This document shows positions 9,272 to 18,925 of a DNA stretch of 64,000 nucleotides, piece after piece; position 1 is the stretch's first letter, and every line of letters starts with the position of its first letter. A model generated the notes under the pieces. The model was not told where the DNA came from, ran no database searches, and saw nothing but the letters and a program-made list of their open reading frames with translations. Made by a program: the position numbers and the translations under genes. This stretch comes from Turneriella sp. (GTDB lineage: Bacteria > Spirochaetota > Leptospiria > Turneriellales > Turneriellaceae). Location: the NCBI GenBank assembly GCA_965279515.1, contig CBDIID010000003.1, forward strand, positions 992,001 through 1,056,000, read 5' to 3'.

Positions 9272-9886
9272 ATGAACAGATTTAGAATTTTTGCCATGAT
9301 AATTATTACGGCTTTTGCTTTGCCAGGAAATATTATCCCGCTCCTGACCGACAACCTCATCCTCGACGAAGAGCTCTCCGCCATCCGCGCGATCACCGTG
9401 ACCAAGAAGGCCACTTTCTCCGATCTCTGCAAGATTGTGCTCATCCATAGGGGTGAGCTCGAAAAATACCCGACCGACGAAGAACGCTGCGCCCGCGTCG
9501 CCGAGCTCGGCATCTACAACACGAAATCCGTCGACTATATCCACCTGACACCACTGCGCAAAGGCGCCGTTGCAAAGGCAGCAATCAACCTGCACAAGCT
9601 CGAAACCACCCTGCTCTTTCAGCTTTTGAACTGGGAATGGTATGCCATCCAGAACGCCGAAGCACTCGGCATCATCGAAAAGGGTTCGAATACCTGGGAT
9701 GAACTCTCGGGCGAAGAGCTCATCATCACCATGGATCTTGCACTCGCCAAGGCCATGGAAAAAGACGGCTGGATGAAGGAAAAAAATCCTTACAAAGAAT
9801 TCGGCTTTGATTCTTACCAGGACATGGACAAAAAGACAAAACCGGAACCGAAACCGACGCAGAAAGAAGAAACGGAAAATCCGTAG
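9272..9886 (+). CDS. Exported hypothetical protein, helical, with SLH-like pseudo-repeats
   Basis: N-terminal signal sequence; repeated (E/A)LGI motifs followed by ATFSDL/LRKGAV/LSGEEL helix starts, as in SLH-like repeats. Confidence 0.6.
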   Translation: MNRFRIFAMIIITAFALPGNIIPLLTDNLILDEELSAIRAITVTKKATFSDLCKIVLIHRGELEKYPTDEERCARVAELGIYNTKSVDYIHLTPLRKGAVAKAAINLHKLETTLLFQLLNWEWYAIQNAEALGIIEKGSNTWDELSGEELIITMDLALAKAMEKDGWMKEKNPYKEFGFDSYQDMDKKTKPEPKPTQKEETENP

Positions 9887-9895
9887 GATTCAACT

Positions 9896-11485
9896 ATGAA
9901 AGTGACGCTGAGATTTATCCCCTGCCTGATTATTGCCCTTGCCGTTGCGGGCACGGCGACGTACGCCGCAAAAGCGAAGAAGAAAAAGCCAAAAGCCGCG
10001 AAAATCGAAGAGACGAAACCGGCGGCACCGGCTTCTGCGGCGGACAAATCTGTGATCGGGCGCGAGGCCGCGGAGTTTGAAAAGAAATTGCCCGCGGCAG
10101 AAAAAAAACCGGATGCATCTGCGGCCGACAGGGCCATAATATCCGAGCCACCTCCGCCTTCCGTCCCCGCCGCCGTGAGCGATGCCGAAGAAGTTCCGAA
10201 AAAACACTATTTGCGCGGCGGTCTGATTGCCACAAATACCTTCTATATCGATCCGACGATTAATCCTGGCCTTTACTCAGGCTTCTTCCGCCCGTTCGGC
10301 AAATACACGTACGATGAAAAATGGGAGTTCAGCGCGCGGGGAAACATCATCGTGAAGCACTACGCCCAGCAGCTGGCAACACTCAAACAGACGAACGTTG
10401 TGGGCAGCCTCGAGATACTTTCAGCCGAAACCAAAATTGCCGGCCACCAGATCATGGCCGGCCGCAACTTCTATGCCATCGAACAGGGGCTGCTCTTTGC
10501 CAACTTTGCCGACGGCATTTCGTACAATGGTAAATACCGCTTCGGGCAGATCCGTGCCTTTGCCGTCTACTCGGGTGATTATGGCTCTTCGCTGTGTTCG
10601 CTCAATGTTACCGGCTGCAATGGCGATCCGGGGCCGTTCGTCAATACCCCCAACCTCGCGCCCGACTCCGGGATTCAGAATTCAGGCCAGAGGCTGTTTT
10701 TCGCCGCGGAATATTTCTCACCCGAATATCTCGGCGGCCAGCTGTTCTCTTATTTTCTTTATTCGCGCGATATGATTAAGGAGAGCGCGGCAGCAAAGTA
10801 TGAGTACAATCCCTGGTATGGCGGCATCGGTGCGCGCGGATATATCAATAACTCCGCCTACCGCTACCGCGGCGAGTTTATCTACCAGGGCGGCAGTACC
10901 TACAACCAGTTGCTGAACGGCTCATCTGAAGCAACGACGATCTCGGCTTTTGCGGCGCTGGTCAACTTTACCTGGAGCATGCCAGTCCTGAAAAATTTTG
11001 ACCCCCAGCTGCTCGCCGATTTTGCCATCGGCTCGGGCGACGGCGACAGCACACGCGTCACGAACGGTTCGCAGTCGAATACATCCGGCAATTACAATGC
11101 CTTCCAGAATTTCGGCAGTTTTTCCGGCGGCCTTGCCCTCAAGCCCCGCCTTGCGAATATGCAGGTATATCGTCTCGGCACGTATTTTCGTCCGTTCAAA
11201 TCGATGTATGCGCTCCGCAACCTTTCGGCGCAGCTGAAATATTCTTATTACCGCAAGAGCGTGGCGGCGGGCGGGATATCAGACCCCGGCGCGACCGAAA
11301 CAAATGCCGATGTCGGCCACGCAGCCGACCTGGCCTTGGTCTTCAATGCCAAGGCGGATGTCCAGTTCTTCTACGGCTTTGGTCTCTTCAAGCCCGGTGG
11401 CGCCTACCCCGTCACGGCGTATGACGGCACAGCCGGGCAGGCATGGCGTTATGCGCACCTGATCAGCCTGACGCTGATTTTCTAA
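9896..11485 (+). CDS. Outer-membrane beta-barrel (alginate-export-like C-terminal half) with a K/A/P-rich N-terminal linker
   Basis: Signal peptide, low-complexity linker, aromatic-rich alternating strands, GSGDGD...YNAF and GHAADL...FKPGGAY motifs, terminal F. Confidence 0.75.
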   Translation: MKVTLRFIPCLIIALAVAGTATYAAKAKKKKPKAAKIEETKPAAPASAADKSVIGREAAEFEKKLPAAEKKPDASAADRAIISEPPPPSVPAAVSDAEEVPKKHYLRGGLIATNTFYIDPTINPGLYSGFFRPFGKYTYDEKWEFSARGNIIVKHYAQQLATLKQTNVVGSLEILSAETKIAGHQIMAGRNFYAIEQGLLFANFADGISYNGKYRFGQIRAFAVYSGDYGSSLCSLNVTGCNGDPGPFVNTPNLAPDSGIQNSGQRLFFAAEYFSPEYLGGQLFSYFLYSRDMIKESAAAKYEYNPWYGGIGARGYINNSAYRYRGEFIYQGGSTYNQLLNGSSEATTISAFAALVNFTWSMPVLKNFDPQLLADFAIGSGDGDSTRVTNGSQSNTSGNYNAFQNFGSFSGGLALKPRLANMQVYRLGTYFRPFKSMYALRNLSAQLKYSYYRKSVAAGGISDPGATETNADVGHAADLALVFNAKADVQFFYGFGLFKPGGAYPVTAYDGTAGQAWRYAHLISLTLIF

Positions 11486-11523
11486 CTGATTGACAGGGCG
11501 TTTCGACCTCCGTTTTTCACGGG

Positions 11524-12315
11524 ATGTCTTATCGCTTTCTCAAAGTCGACGAAAAGAAAATCACCCTGAAATCCGGCGCCGAAGCGCCTTTTGCCATGGT
11601 GACGATCGACTCGCCCCCCCTGAACCCGCTTTCTTCCGGAGTCTTCCATGATCTCGACGCGTTGATTTCAACGCTCGAACAAAATAAGACCCGCGTTGCT
11701 ATCATCACGGGAGCGGGCAAAGCCTTCGTCGCCGGTGCCGATATCAGCGAGATGAAGGGCATGGATAAGGCGAAGGCGAAAGAATATTCGCTGCTCGGCC
11801 ACAAGATTTTTTCCCGCATGGAGAACTCCCCCGTGATTTTCATCGCCGCTGTGAACGGTTTTGCCCTGGGCGGCGGCCTTGAACTCGCGATGGCATCTGA
11901 CATACGTATTCTCGTCGAAGGCGCGCAGATGGGTTTACCCGAGGCCACGCTGGGGCTGATCCCGGGTTTTGGCGGCACGCAGCGACTACAACGTCTCATC
12001 GGCCAGAGCGCGGCCAAATACCTGGCCCTCACGGCCGAACGCATCGGCGCAGAAGAAGCGCTGAGGCTCGGTTTGGCGGCAAAGGTTGTCAGCGCAGATA
12101 AACTCATAAGCGAAGCGGAAATCCTCACCGGGAAAATTCTCGCCTTAGGACCCCAGGCAGCTCAAACGCTGAAAGCGGTGATACGCGACGGCGCCGATAT
12201 GCCCTTGCCCAAGGCCCTCGAATTTGAGGCTGAAGAATTTTCCAAGCTATTTTACGGTTCCGAAGCGCAGGAGGGTTTGAGTGCGTTCCTCGAAAAACGT
12301 CCGGCCAAGTTCTAA
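11524..12315 (+). CDS. Enoyl-CoA hydratase/crotonase
   Basis: AFVAGADI, AVNGFALGGGLELAMASD, PEATLGLIPGFGGTQRL. Confidence 0.95.
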   Translation: MSYRFLKVDEKKITLKSGAEAPFAMVTIDSPPLNPLSSGVFHDLDALISTLEQNKTRVAIITGAGKAFVAGADISEMKGMDKAKAKEYSLLGHKIFSRMENSPVIFIAAVNGFALGGGLELAMASDIRILVEGAQMGLPEATLGLIPGFGGTQRLQRLIGQSAAKYLALTAERIGAEEALRLGLAAKVVSADKLISEAEILTGKILALGPQAAQTLKAVIRDGADMPLPKALEFEAEEFSKLFYGSEAQEGLSAFLEKRPAKF

Positions 12316-12352
12316 AAAGAAAACCAAGGAGCCTAAGAAGAACAAGGACCAG

Positions 12353-13021
12353 GTGATATTCGGTAAAAAGAAAGCAAAGGCGGCAGAACCCAAGTCCGTT
12401 CTGGACTCGGCGACGTCGGATGAGCTTTTCATCGTCGACCAGGTGCGCAAGCTCCAGGTTGAGCGGTTAAGAAAAACCTATGACGATTTTTTTCAGAATC
12501 CCGAATTCACAAAAATATCCAAATATTTCTTCGAGCAGATCTATGGCGCAGGCGACAAGGCAAGCCGCGACGCCGCGTTCAATAAGATCTATGAAAAACT
12601 TTCAGCAGCGGTGAATCCCAAACGCATCACGCGTGTCACACAACTCAAACAACTCAACGAGTTGACCGACGAGCTCGATCTCGCAGTCGCGCGCAGGTTC
12701 ATGGCCATGAAAAAAAAGAGCGCGATGACGCTGAAAGATTTTGAGACATGTTATAAGGCCTTGGGCAACAAAGCCGAACGCGAAATCCAACTGGCACTTT
12801 TAATGGAAACCACCCGTTTTTTCCATAAACTCGCACATGTGCCCCTGCTCGGCTTCGTCATCAAACCAACTCAACTCGCGGCGAAAATGCTCGGCGTCGA
12901 ATATATTATGGAATTTTTCATGGAGGGTTACCGCTCCTTTAAATCGGTGAAAGACGCCGAACCCTTTATGGTTGCCATCGAAGAGCGCGAACGCGCTTAC
13001 CTCAACAAATTATTGCCCTGA
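12353..13021 (+). CDS. Hypothetical helical protein resembling the FFLEELY-motif family (start uncertain: GTG 12353 or 12281)
   Basis: RLRKTYDDF...YFFEQIYG...RD pattern; SD-like sequence before GTG 12353. Confidence 0.6.
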   Translation: MIFGKKKAKAAEPKSVLDSATSDELFIVDQVRKLQVERLRKTYDDFFQNPEFTKISKYFFEQIYGAGDKASRDAAFNKIYEKLSAAVNPKRITRVTQLKQLNELTDELDLAVARRFMAMKKKSAMTLKDFETCYKALGNKAEREIQLALLMETTRFFHKLAHVPLLGFVIKPTQLAAKMLGVEYIMEFFMEGYRSFKSVKDAEPFMVAIEERERAYLNKLLP

Positions 13022-13879
13022 CGCACCGGGTAAAGAGCGCAAAATTTCGCGCACCAGCGGCAGATCGTTCTGCCGCGAAGAATCACCGCGGAATCCCGCA
13101 TGGCGGCCGGAATGATCTGCCAATAAATACAGGTTAGCCTTATCGTGCACCGGCGACGCCGCGGCTTCGCACTGCCGGGCATCCGCATCGAAGACAAAAT
13201 TGCTGCCATCATAGAGAATGCCATCCTCTACCCCCGAGCGGTTACAGTAGATATAGTTCTGCCCGTACGATTCTGCAAATACCTTGAGGCGGTTTTTCCA
13301 CGTCAGCGTCGAATCAAATGCCGCGGCGCCTGCGGAATAACCGCGCGCGGGGGAAGAAGAAATGACGATGATACTTTCGGCACCCGATTCAGCGGCCGCA
13401 TACGCCATTTCCATGTGCCAGGCGTCTTCACAGATGAGTATTGCGCTCTTCCCTAAAACGCCGTCATAAGCTGTGAAGGCACTCCCCCTTCTGAAATAAC
13501 GCGCCTCGTCGAACATGCCGTAGGTGGGCAAAAAGATTTTTTTTTGAATATGCAGTATTTTGCCCGCGGACAAGACCACGGCCACGTTATAAATTTCCTT
13601 ACCTTCGCGCAGCGGCAGGCCGACGATCCACTCGGTTTTTGCGGAAAGGCCGGTTGTGGTGAGGTCAGCCGCAAACGTTAAAATCTGTTCTTCAGTCATT
13701 GCCGCTTCAGCGACAAGACTTTCGAGAACATAGCCGCTGAGTGCCAGCTCGGGCAGCACAATGACGTCAGGATTTACACCCGCTTCGGCCACAGCATGCG
13801 CGAGATCGGCAATGCGCGCCGTATTGCGGCGCCAATCGCCAAGCACCGACGCATAGGGAATACAAAGAATACGTTTCAT
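13010..13879 (-). CDS. Carbon-nitrogen hydrolase; stand-alone glutaminase domain of the NAD synthetase type
   Basis: PELALSGY (Glu), KIFLPTYGMFDEARYF (Lys) and ICEDAW (Cys) form the catalytic triad motifs. Confidence 0.85.
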   Translation of the reverse strand: MKRILCIPYASVLGDWRRNTARIADLAHAVAEAGVNPDVIVLPELALSGYVLESLVAEAAMTEEQILTFAADLTTTGLSAKTEWIVGLPLREGKEIYNVAVVLSAGKILHIQKKIFLPTYGMFDEARYFRRGSAFTAYDGVLGKSAILICEDAWHMEMAYAAAESGAESIIVISSSPARGYSAGAAAFDSTLTWKNRLKVFAESYGQNYIYCNRSGVEDGILYDGSNFVFDADARQCEAAASPVHDKANLYLLADHSGRHAGFRGDSSRQNDLPLVREILRSLPGASGQ

Positions 13880-13885
13880 CGCACT

Positions 13886-16357
13886 TTAACGGATATCGAG
13901 ATCGTAAGGCATCAGGAAAAGCATCTTCTCATCCCTGATGCTTTCTGTCTTACCGATAATCTTTGCCGCTTCGCGCAGCAACCCGGGCAGCATGAGTTTT
14001 CGGGGATCACCCAGCGATAAAAGATTCTGCGCGTCACTCGGATAGACCTGGATCTGGTAATAGTTTTCGTCGATGCGCGCTTTTTCGCGCACAATTTCGA
14101 GGGCGAGCATGAGGCCGCCCTGCTTGTCTGCCAGCTTACGTTCAATGGCATCCTTGCCGCTATAGACGCGCCCGCCGGCGAGGGGTTTGATTTTTTCGCT
14201 GGTCTGGCCGCGGTTGTCGGCGACGCGTTTCAAAAAGAGATCGTAAAATTCGCTGAGCTGCTCGCGGATCAGCAGGCGTTCATCGTCGGTAAAATTTTCC
14301 GTCTCGCTGTAGATCGCGGTGTTCTTGTGGGTCTTAAAAGTATGCTTTTTAACGCCCAGCCAGTCGTAGAGACCCTTGACATTGAATTTGCCGGTGAAGA
14401 TACCGATCGAACCCGTCACGCTGGTATTGTTGGCAAGAATCTGATCGCCCCCCACAGCGAGATAATACCCGCCCGAAGCGGCGGTATTGCCGAGTGAAAC
14501 GATAATGGGAAAATCGGCGCCGCGCGCCTTTTTGACCTCGCGGATTTTATTCCAGAGAATATCTGAAGCGAGGCTCGAGCCGCCGGGGGAATCGATACGT
14601 AAAATCAGGCCCTTGATGTTGCCATCGCCGCGGATCTGCTCGAGCACTTCCTGGATCGTGTCAGAGCCAATCGTGCCACCGGAGAAAAGCCCTTCAGGGC
14701 GTGATGTGCCCGACATGATTTCGCCTGAGAGTACCAGCACAGCAATCGCAGGCTTGGTACCCCAGGTGTCGTCATAAAAGCGCGTCTTAAAATAATCCGC
14801 TGCGCCGATTTTCCAGCCAGGCGCCGTGAGATTCTGCGCTGTCAGCTGGTTTTCCACATCGGAGAGATACGCGACCTCGTCGATCAGACCCGCTTCATGC
14901 GCCTTCGTGGCAGAATAGAAACCTTTATCGAGAAGGCCGTCGAGGCTCTCGCCCTTCACCCTGAGGCGACCCGCGAGAATCGCTGCCTTCAGCTCGCCGA
15001 CGTTCGACTTCAGGAGCGCTTCGAGTTGTTCGCGGTCAAACTTTGTAGGCTCGGAACGCGTGAGCCTCTCGGGTGCGGATTTATAGTCGCCCAGCGCAAC
15101 AAAATCCGCTTTAACCCCGACTTTCTGCAGCAGATCTTTGACGAAGTATGCCTCGGCCTTCAGCCCCGAAACATCGAGCATCGCCGACTGCGGCATAAAA
15201 ATGCGGTCTGACATACTCGCGATATAATATTCCTTGTTGCCGGCATTCTCGAGGTAGGCATACACGGGCTTCTTTTGCTGAAAGCTGAGCAGCGCCGCAC
15301 GCAACTCTTCGGCCTGGCCCCAACCTCCATGAAAACCGCGGCCGGTAATGAGGATGCCCCGGATCTGCGCGTCCTTTTTCGCCGTCTCGATACTCTTTAA
15401 GAGTTCGAGAAACGTAAAATTTTCCGAAAGAAAAAGAAAACCCTCTTGTTTTCTTTCGTCGATCTTATCGTCGAGATGGATTTCAAGATAACGCCCGAGC
15501 GCGGTAATACCGGTGGCATAACGTTCGCGGCCGATGAGAATACCGCCGCCCAAAAATGCACCGCTGTCTTTCGGCGTACTCGCCTGCAGTGAAATCTGGC
15601 TGATGTACTGCGCAAACCGCAAGCCAAAAAAAGCACCGTTCGCCTGGCTATAACCTGCATAGAGGCTGTTACCAGGCCAAAGCGTCGCCTCGGCGAGAAG
15701 TTTGGGAGTCATGTTGCCCCATGTGGTGCGCGAGTTAAGGTTGGCGTCGACCGAGATTGTCAGGTTCTCTGTATACTTTCCGGGTAAGGGGCGTATACCA
15801 ACACCGAGATCCCAGTTGGTTTCGAAAATCTCGCCCTGGAAAAGAGGTTTGTTCAACGCGCGGCCGACCGCCCCTATCGAGAGCCGGCGCCACGGGCGCA
15901 GTATCATCCCGACATCCCACTGCGTATAACGATCGAGATAAGAGAAAGAAGAATTATACCAGCTGTAGGATGTCCCAATCGAAAGAAACGGCGTATTGAT
16001 GAGCCCCATACCCAGCGTATAACGGCGCGCATAATCGTCGGTGTCGCCCAGCCGCCACTGCGTCGAAAACGCAACGCCCAGAAGATTCAGGAAGATCATA
16101 TGATCGTCGAGCTTATTCTGCTGGTTGCGTCCGTAAAAATAACCAAGCTGCAAGGCGTGGTAGCCTAAACCCGCGGGATTAAAGTAGAGACTGGTGGTAT
16201 CGTCCGATGTGGCAACCGATTTCTGTGGCAGGTTCGGCGTATCGATCATGCGGTTTGTCTGCAGCGCATCGCCCTGCACGGGAGCCACCTGCTGGGCGAA
16301 GAGAACAGAGGGGCTTAAGAGCCCCATGGCCAGAAGCAGAAAATTGGCTATCCGCAT
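13886..16357 (-). CDS. sppA: Signal peptide peptidase SppA (67K type) with an N-terminal PorV/FadL-like barrel
   Basis: GDYKSAPE, RIDSPGGS, AASGGYY and TGSIGI motifs; the N-terminal ~280 aa contain DDTTSLYFNPAGL and beta-strands. Confidence 0.9.
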   Translation of the reverse strand: MRIANFLLLAMGLLSPSVLFAQQVAPVQGDALQTNRMIDTPNLPQKSVATSDDTTSLYFNPAGLGYHALQLGYFYGRNQQNKLDDHMIFLNLLGVAFSTQWRLGDTDDYARRYTLGMGLINTPFLSIGTSYSWYNSSFSYLDRYTQWDVGMILRPWRRLSIGAVGRALNKPLFQGEIFETNWDLGVGIRPLPGKYTENLTISVDANLNSRTTWGNMTPKLLAEATLWPGNSLYAGYSQANGAFFGLRFAQYISQISLQASTPKDSGAFLGGGILIGRERYATGITALGRYLEIHLDDKIDERKQEGFLFLSENFTFLELLKSIETAKKDAQIRGILITGRGFHGGWGQAEELRAALLSFQQKKPVYAYLENAGNKEYYIASMSDRIFMPQSAMLDVSGLKAEAYFVKDLLQKVGVKADFVALGDYKSAPERLTRSEPTKFDREQLEALLKSNVGELKAAILAGRLRVKGESLDGLLDKGFYSATKAHEAGLIDEVAYLSDVENQLTAQNLTAPGWKIGAADYFKTRFYDDTWGTKPAIAVLVLSGEIMSGTSRPEGLFSGGTIGSDTIQEVLEQIRGDGNIKGLILRIDSPGGSSLASDILWNKIREVKKARGADFPIIVSLGNTAASGGYYLAVGGDQILANNTSVTGSIGIFTGKFNVKGLYDWLGVKKHTFKTHKNTAIYSETENFTDDERLLIREQLSEFYDLFLKRVADNRGQTSEKIKPLAGGRVYSGKDAIERKLADKQGGLMLALEIVREKARIDENYYQIQVYPSDAQNLLSLGDPRKLMLPGLLREAAKIIGKTESIRDEKMLFLMPYDLDIR

Positions 16358-16395
16358 GGCGGAGGGACGGAGCGGTGAGTCAAGGTGTCGAGCCG

Positions 16396-16911
16396 TTAAG
16401 GTTTGGTGGTGAAGGACTTGGCGATCTCACCTACGCTCCATGAGTGGCGGTCACGTGCCTCGGTTTGCAGGGTCTGGATCAAAACCCAGACATTTCTTCC
16501 GGAAATATAGACGCCGGTACCTTGTAGGACTTCGGTTTTCTCAACAACAATTTTGTAAGCCCCGATACAGCCATCCTTGACATCCATAAATTTCAGCTGC
16601 GTCGGGGTTGGATTGCGCTTATTCTCCGGAATGAGATTGGTACGCCCACCTTCGGCCGCTGCTTCGGTTTTTGCAAGGTATTCGCACGCGGTTACTTTTC
16701 CCTTGATAGTATCCGTCATAATCTGCACATTCGCCGTGCCATCTGGTGCTGTAGCCATGAATGGAATTCCTGTTTTAGTAAGGATGAGTGTCCAGTCGCC
16801 AGGATATTGCACCTTAAATTTTGGCTTCGGGTGCACGAAGGTTTTCATGTCCACACCAGCTGCAGCTGCGAAACATGAAAATACTAAGGCTACGCCCACA
16901 AAAAATTTCAT
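16396..16911 (-). CDS. Exported PsbP/Mog1-like fold protein
   Basis: Signal peptide; FKVQYPGDW at the N-terminus and IAKSF at the C-terminus, typical of the PsbP-like fold. Confidence 0.55.
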   Translation of the reverse strand: MKFFVGVALVFSCFAAAAGVDMKTFVHPKPKFKVQYPGDWTLILTKTGIPFMATAPDGTANVQIMTDTIKGKVTACEYLAKTEAAAEGGRTNLIPENKRNPTPTQLKFMDVKDGCIGAYKIVVEKTEVLQGTGVYISGRNVWVLIQTLQTEARDRHSWSVGEIAKSFTTKP

Positions 16912-16948
16912 GCACTCCCTTACCCGTCGTGAATCGCTTCGTCAAATA

Positions 16949-18820
16949 CTATCGCGACAAACCTACCCGGACGCGGTGCACAGTATAGGCAGCTTCGGCC
17001 CATGCGGGTTTAAATGCAATCGCTGTTGGATGCAGGCCCAGCCCGGCGAGATAGTCCCTGACCCGGGTATCGGCGAAAAACTCGGGACTAAAGGCAATTT
17101 CCCCGGCACCGGCAAACTGCTGAATCTTGGCAGCATAGTTGACCGTATTGCCGAAATAATCGATGCCGTTGTTAAGATTCACGGCAAGGCAGGGGCCGGC
17201 ATGGATGCTGATGCGCAGCGAGACGCCGCCGGTTTCTGCACTGCCGTCAAATGCGTTTTGTAATTCAACCGCGGCGCGCGCGCACTGCAATGCATCCGCA
17301 AAAGCGACCATCGCCGCATCGCCGATGGTCTTCACGACGGCGCCGTTAAAGGCGCGCACAATCTCATAGGTTTTCTGGAAGTGTTTGCGCACCGACTGGA
17401 AAGCCTCGCCGTCGCCGCTCTTCAGGTAAAGGCTCGTGGACCCGACGATGTCGGTGAAGAGAATATTCTGGTTGCCGAGCTCAATTTTAAGGCCGTCTGC
17501 CAATGACTGGCCGCCAAAAAGATCGCGGAAAATCTGCGTACTGAAAAGTTCAGCCGGGCGCAGTGCATCGTTATCTTCTTCGCGGCGCTCGATAACAAGG
17601 GTTTCATCCCTGTCATGCGGGTTTTCAAAAACGAGCTGCGGATGTTCTGCAGTCTTGAGTGGGCCCAAATGCCTGCCAATCAAACCACGTACTTCGTTTC
17701 CGGCGCCGACAGATAGCGGTAGATACTTCTTGTTGCCCACGACCCGCGCGCGGTATTCTCCCGGTTCAAGGTCGGTGTCGAGCGTCAGCGTCGCACGCGC
17801 GGCAACGCGGCGCTGGATATAGATATGCCGCTTCGTTGCAGGCTCTGCCGCGCAGTAGAATTTTTTCTCCGCGCGCCTGATCTCCGGATTCACGTGGAAG
17901 ACAACTTCCATGTTGCCGATTTCCTCTGTAGAAAAGGTGATATCGCAGGCATCGCAGCGCTCCTCGCCTGGCACATCGCCTAAGGAATCGACGGTCTTCC
18001 TCACACCCCGGCAATGCGGGCATGTGACATCCCACGAGAGCGAAAGCAGCCCCACACGGCTGGCGTACAACGCCGCAGGGATGACGCGCGTTAAGGCGAC
18101 ACCGAGGCCGCGCGCGACAGGCTTCAGGCGGATGCGCGTCAGCTCTTCGTCCGTCGCCGTGGTAATATAGGCGGCGAGTTTTCCGATATCGGCCGCGTCG
18201 GCGCCAGCGGCCACGGCGCGTTCTGTGAGCGCCGCGATTCGTTGCGCTATTTCGGGGTTCTTCTCAACAGGGGAAGCGGCGGCATAAACAGACCGCTGGC
18301 GCGCTTCAAAATCCTTGCGAATACGGATCGCTTCGCCGATTTTCGCAAGCGCGGCCGCATAACTTTTCTTCAGGCCGGGCATCCCCACCTTCAGTAACAG
18401 GCGGCCCAAAAGACCGCGCGGAACCCAACCAAAATAAACGTAAAAATCCGTGCCAGAACCAGCGGCAGCCGGCTTCAGCAAATAGCGCGAGCGTACGTAT
18501 GTCGCAAAACCGCGTGAATAGATACGCGCGTTGTTGAGCCCGCGGTGGTATTCCCATTCCCAGGGCACCTCTTCCCATTCAGACAATATGCCGGCGTTCT
18601 TCGCACTGCCAAAGAGACGGCCGTTTTTCTCAACATAGGTCATCTGCGGCAGGCCGAGTAGTTTGTTAAAGGTGGATGTATCAATGAGAAACGGCCAGAG
18701 ATCCGGAAGCGATTCTTTCAGCGAAAACTTCCAGAGAAAATCGAGCGGCACTCTGCCGCCGGTTTCGTCGCCGCGCCAGGGATATTCCTTAAGAAATTCT
18801 GCGATTTGCAAATCCGGCAT
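16949..18820 (-). CDS. Class III adenylate/guanylate cyclase with SRPBCC-like, Zn-ribbon and DUF5939-type N-terminal domains
   Basis: FTDIVGST, KTIGDAAM, DYFGNTVN; CPHC...CDAC upstream. Confidence 0.9.
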   Translation of the reverse strand: MPDLQIAEFLKEYPWRGDETGGRVPLDFLWKFSLKESLPDLWPFLIDTSTFNKLLGLPQMTYVEKNGRLFGSAKNAGILSEWEEVPWEWEYHRGLNNARIYSRGFATYVRSRYLLKPAAAGSGTDFYVYFGWVPRGLLGRLLLKVGMPGLKKSYAAALAKIGEAIRIRKDFEARQRSVYAAASPVEKNPEIAQRIAALTERAVAAGADAADIGKLAAYITTATDEELTRIRLKPVARGLGVALTRVIPAALYASRVGLLSLSWDVTCPHCRGVRKTVDSLGDVPGEERCDACDITFSTEEIGNMEVVFHVNPEIRRAEKKFYCAAEPATKRHIYIQRRVAARATLTLDTDLEPGEYRARVVGNKKYLPLSVGAGNEVRGLIGRHLGPLKTAEHPQLVFENPHDRDETLVIERREEDNDALRPAELFSTQIFRDLFGGQSLADGLKIELGNQNILFTDIVGSTSLYLKSGDGEAFQSVRKHFQKTYEIVRAFNGAVVKTIGDAAMVAFADALQCARAAVELQNAFDGSAETGGVSLRISIHAGPCLAVNLNNGIDYFGNTVNYAAKIQQFAGAGEIAFSPEFFADTRVRDYLAGLGLHPTAIAFKPAWAEAAYTVHRVRVGLSR

Positions 18821-18826
18821 TGGACC

Positions 18827-18855
18827 AAGATACGTTAATTTGTATCCCCGGTCAA
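18827..18855 (-). promoter_or_regulatory. Putative sigma70 promoter giving a leaderless cyclase mRNA
   Basis: TTGACC-17 nt-TATCTT, 6 nt upstream of ATG 18820, with no SD. Confidence 0.5.
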
Positions 18856-18925
18856 TTTATTGGGATTTTAGCCTGCGACAAAAACCGATTCCTCGCTGAC
18901 GCTGAAAATCCAATGCGGTATAAAC

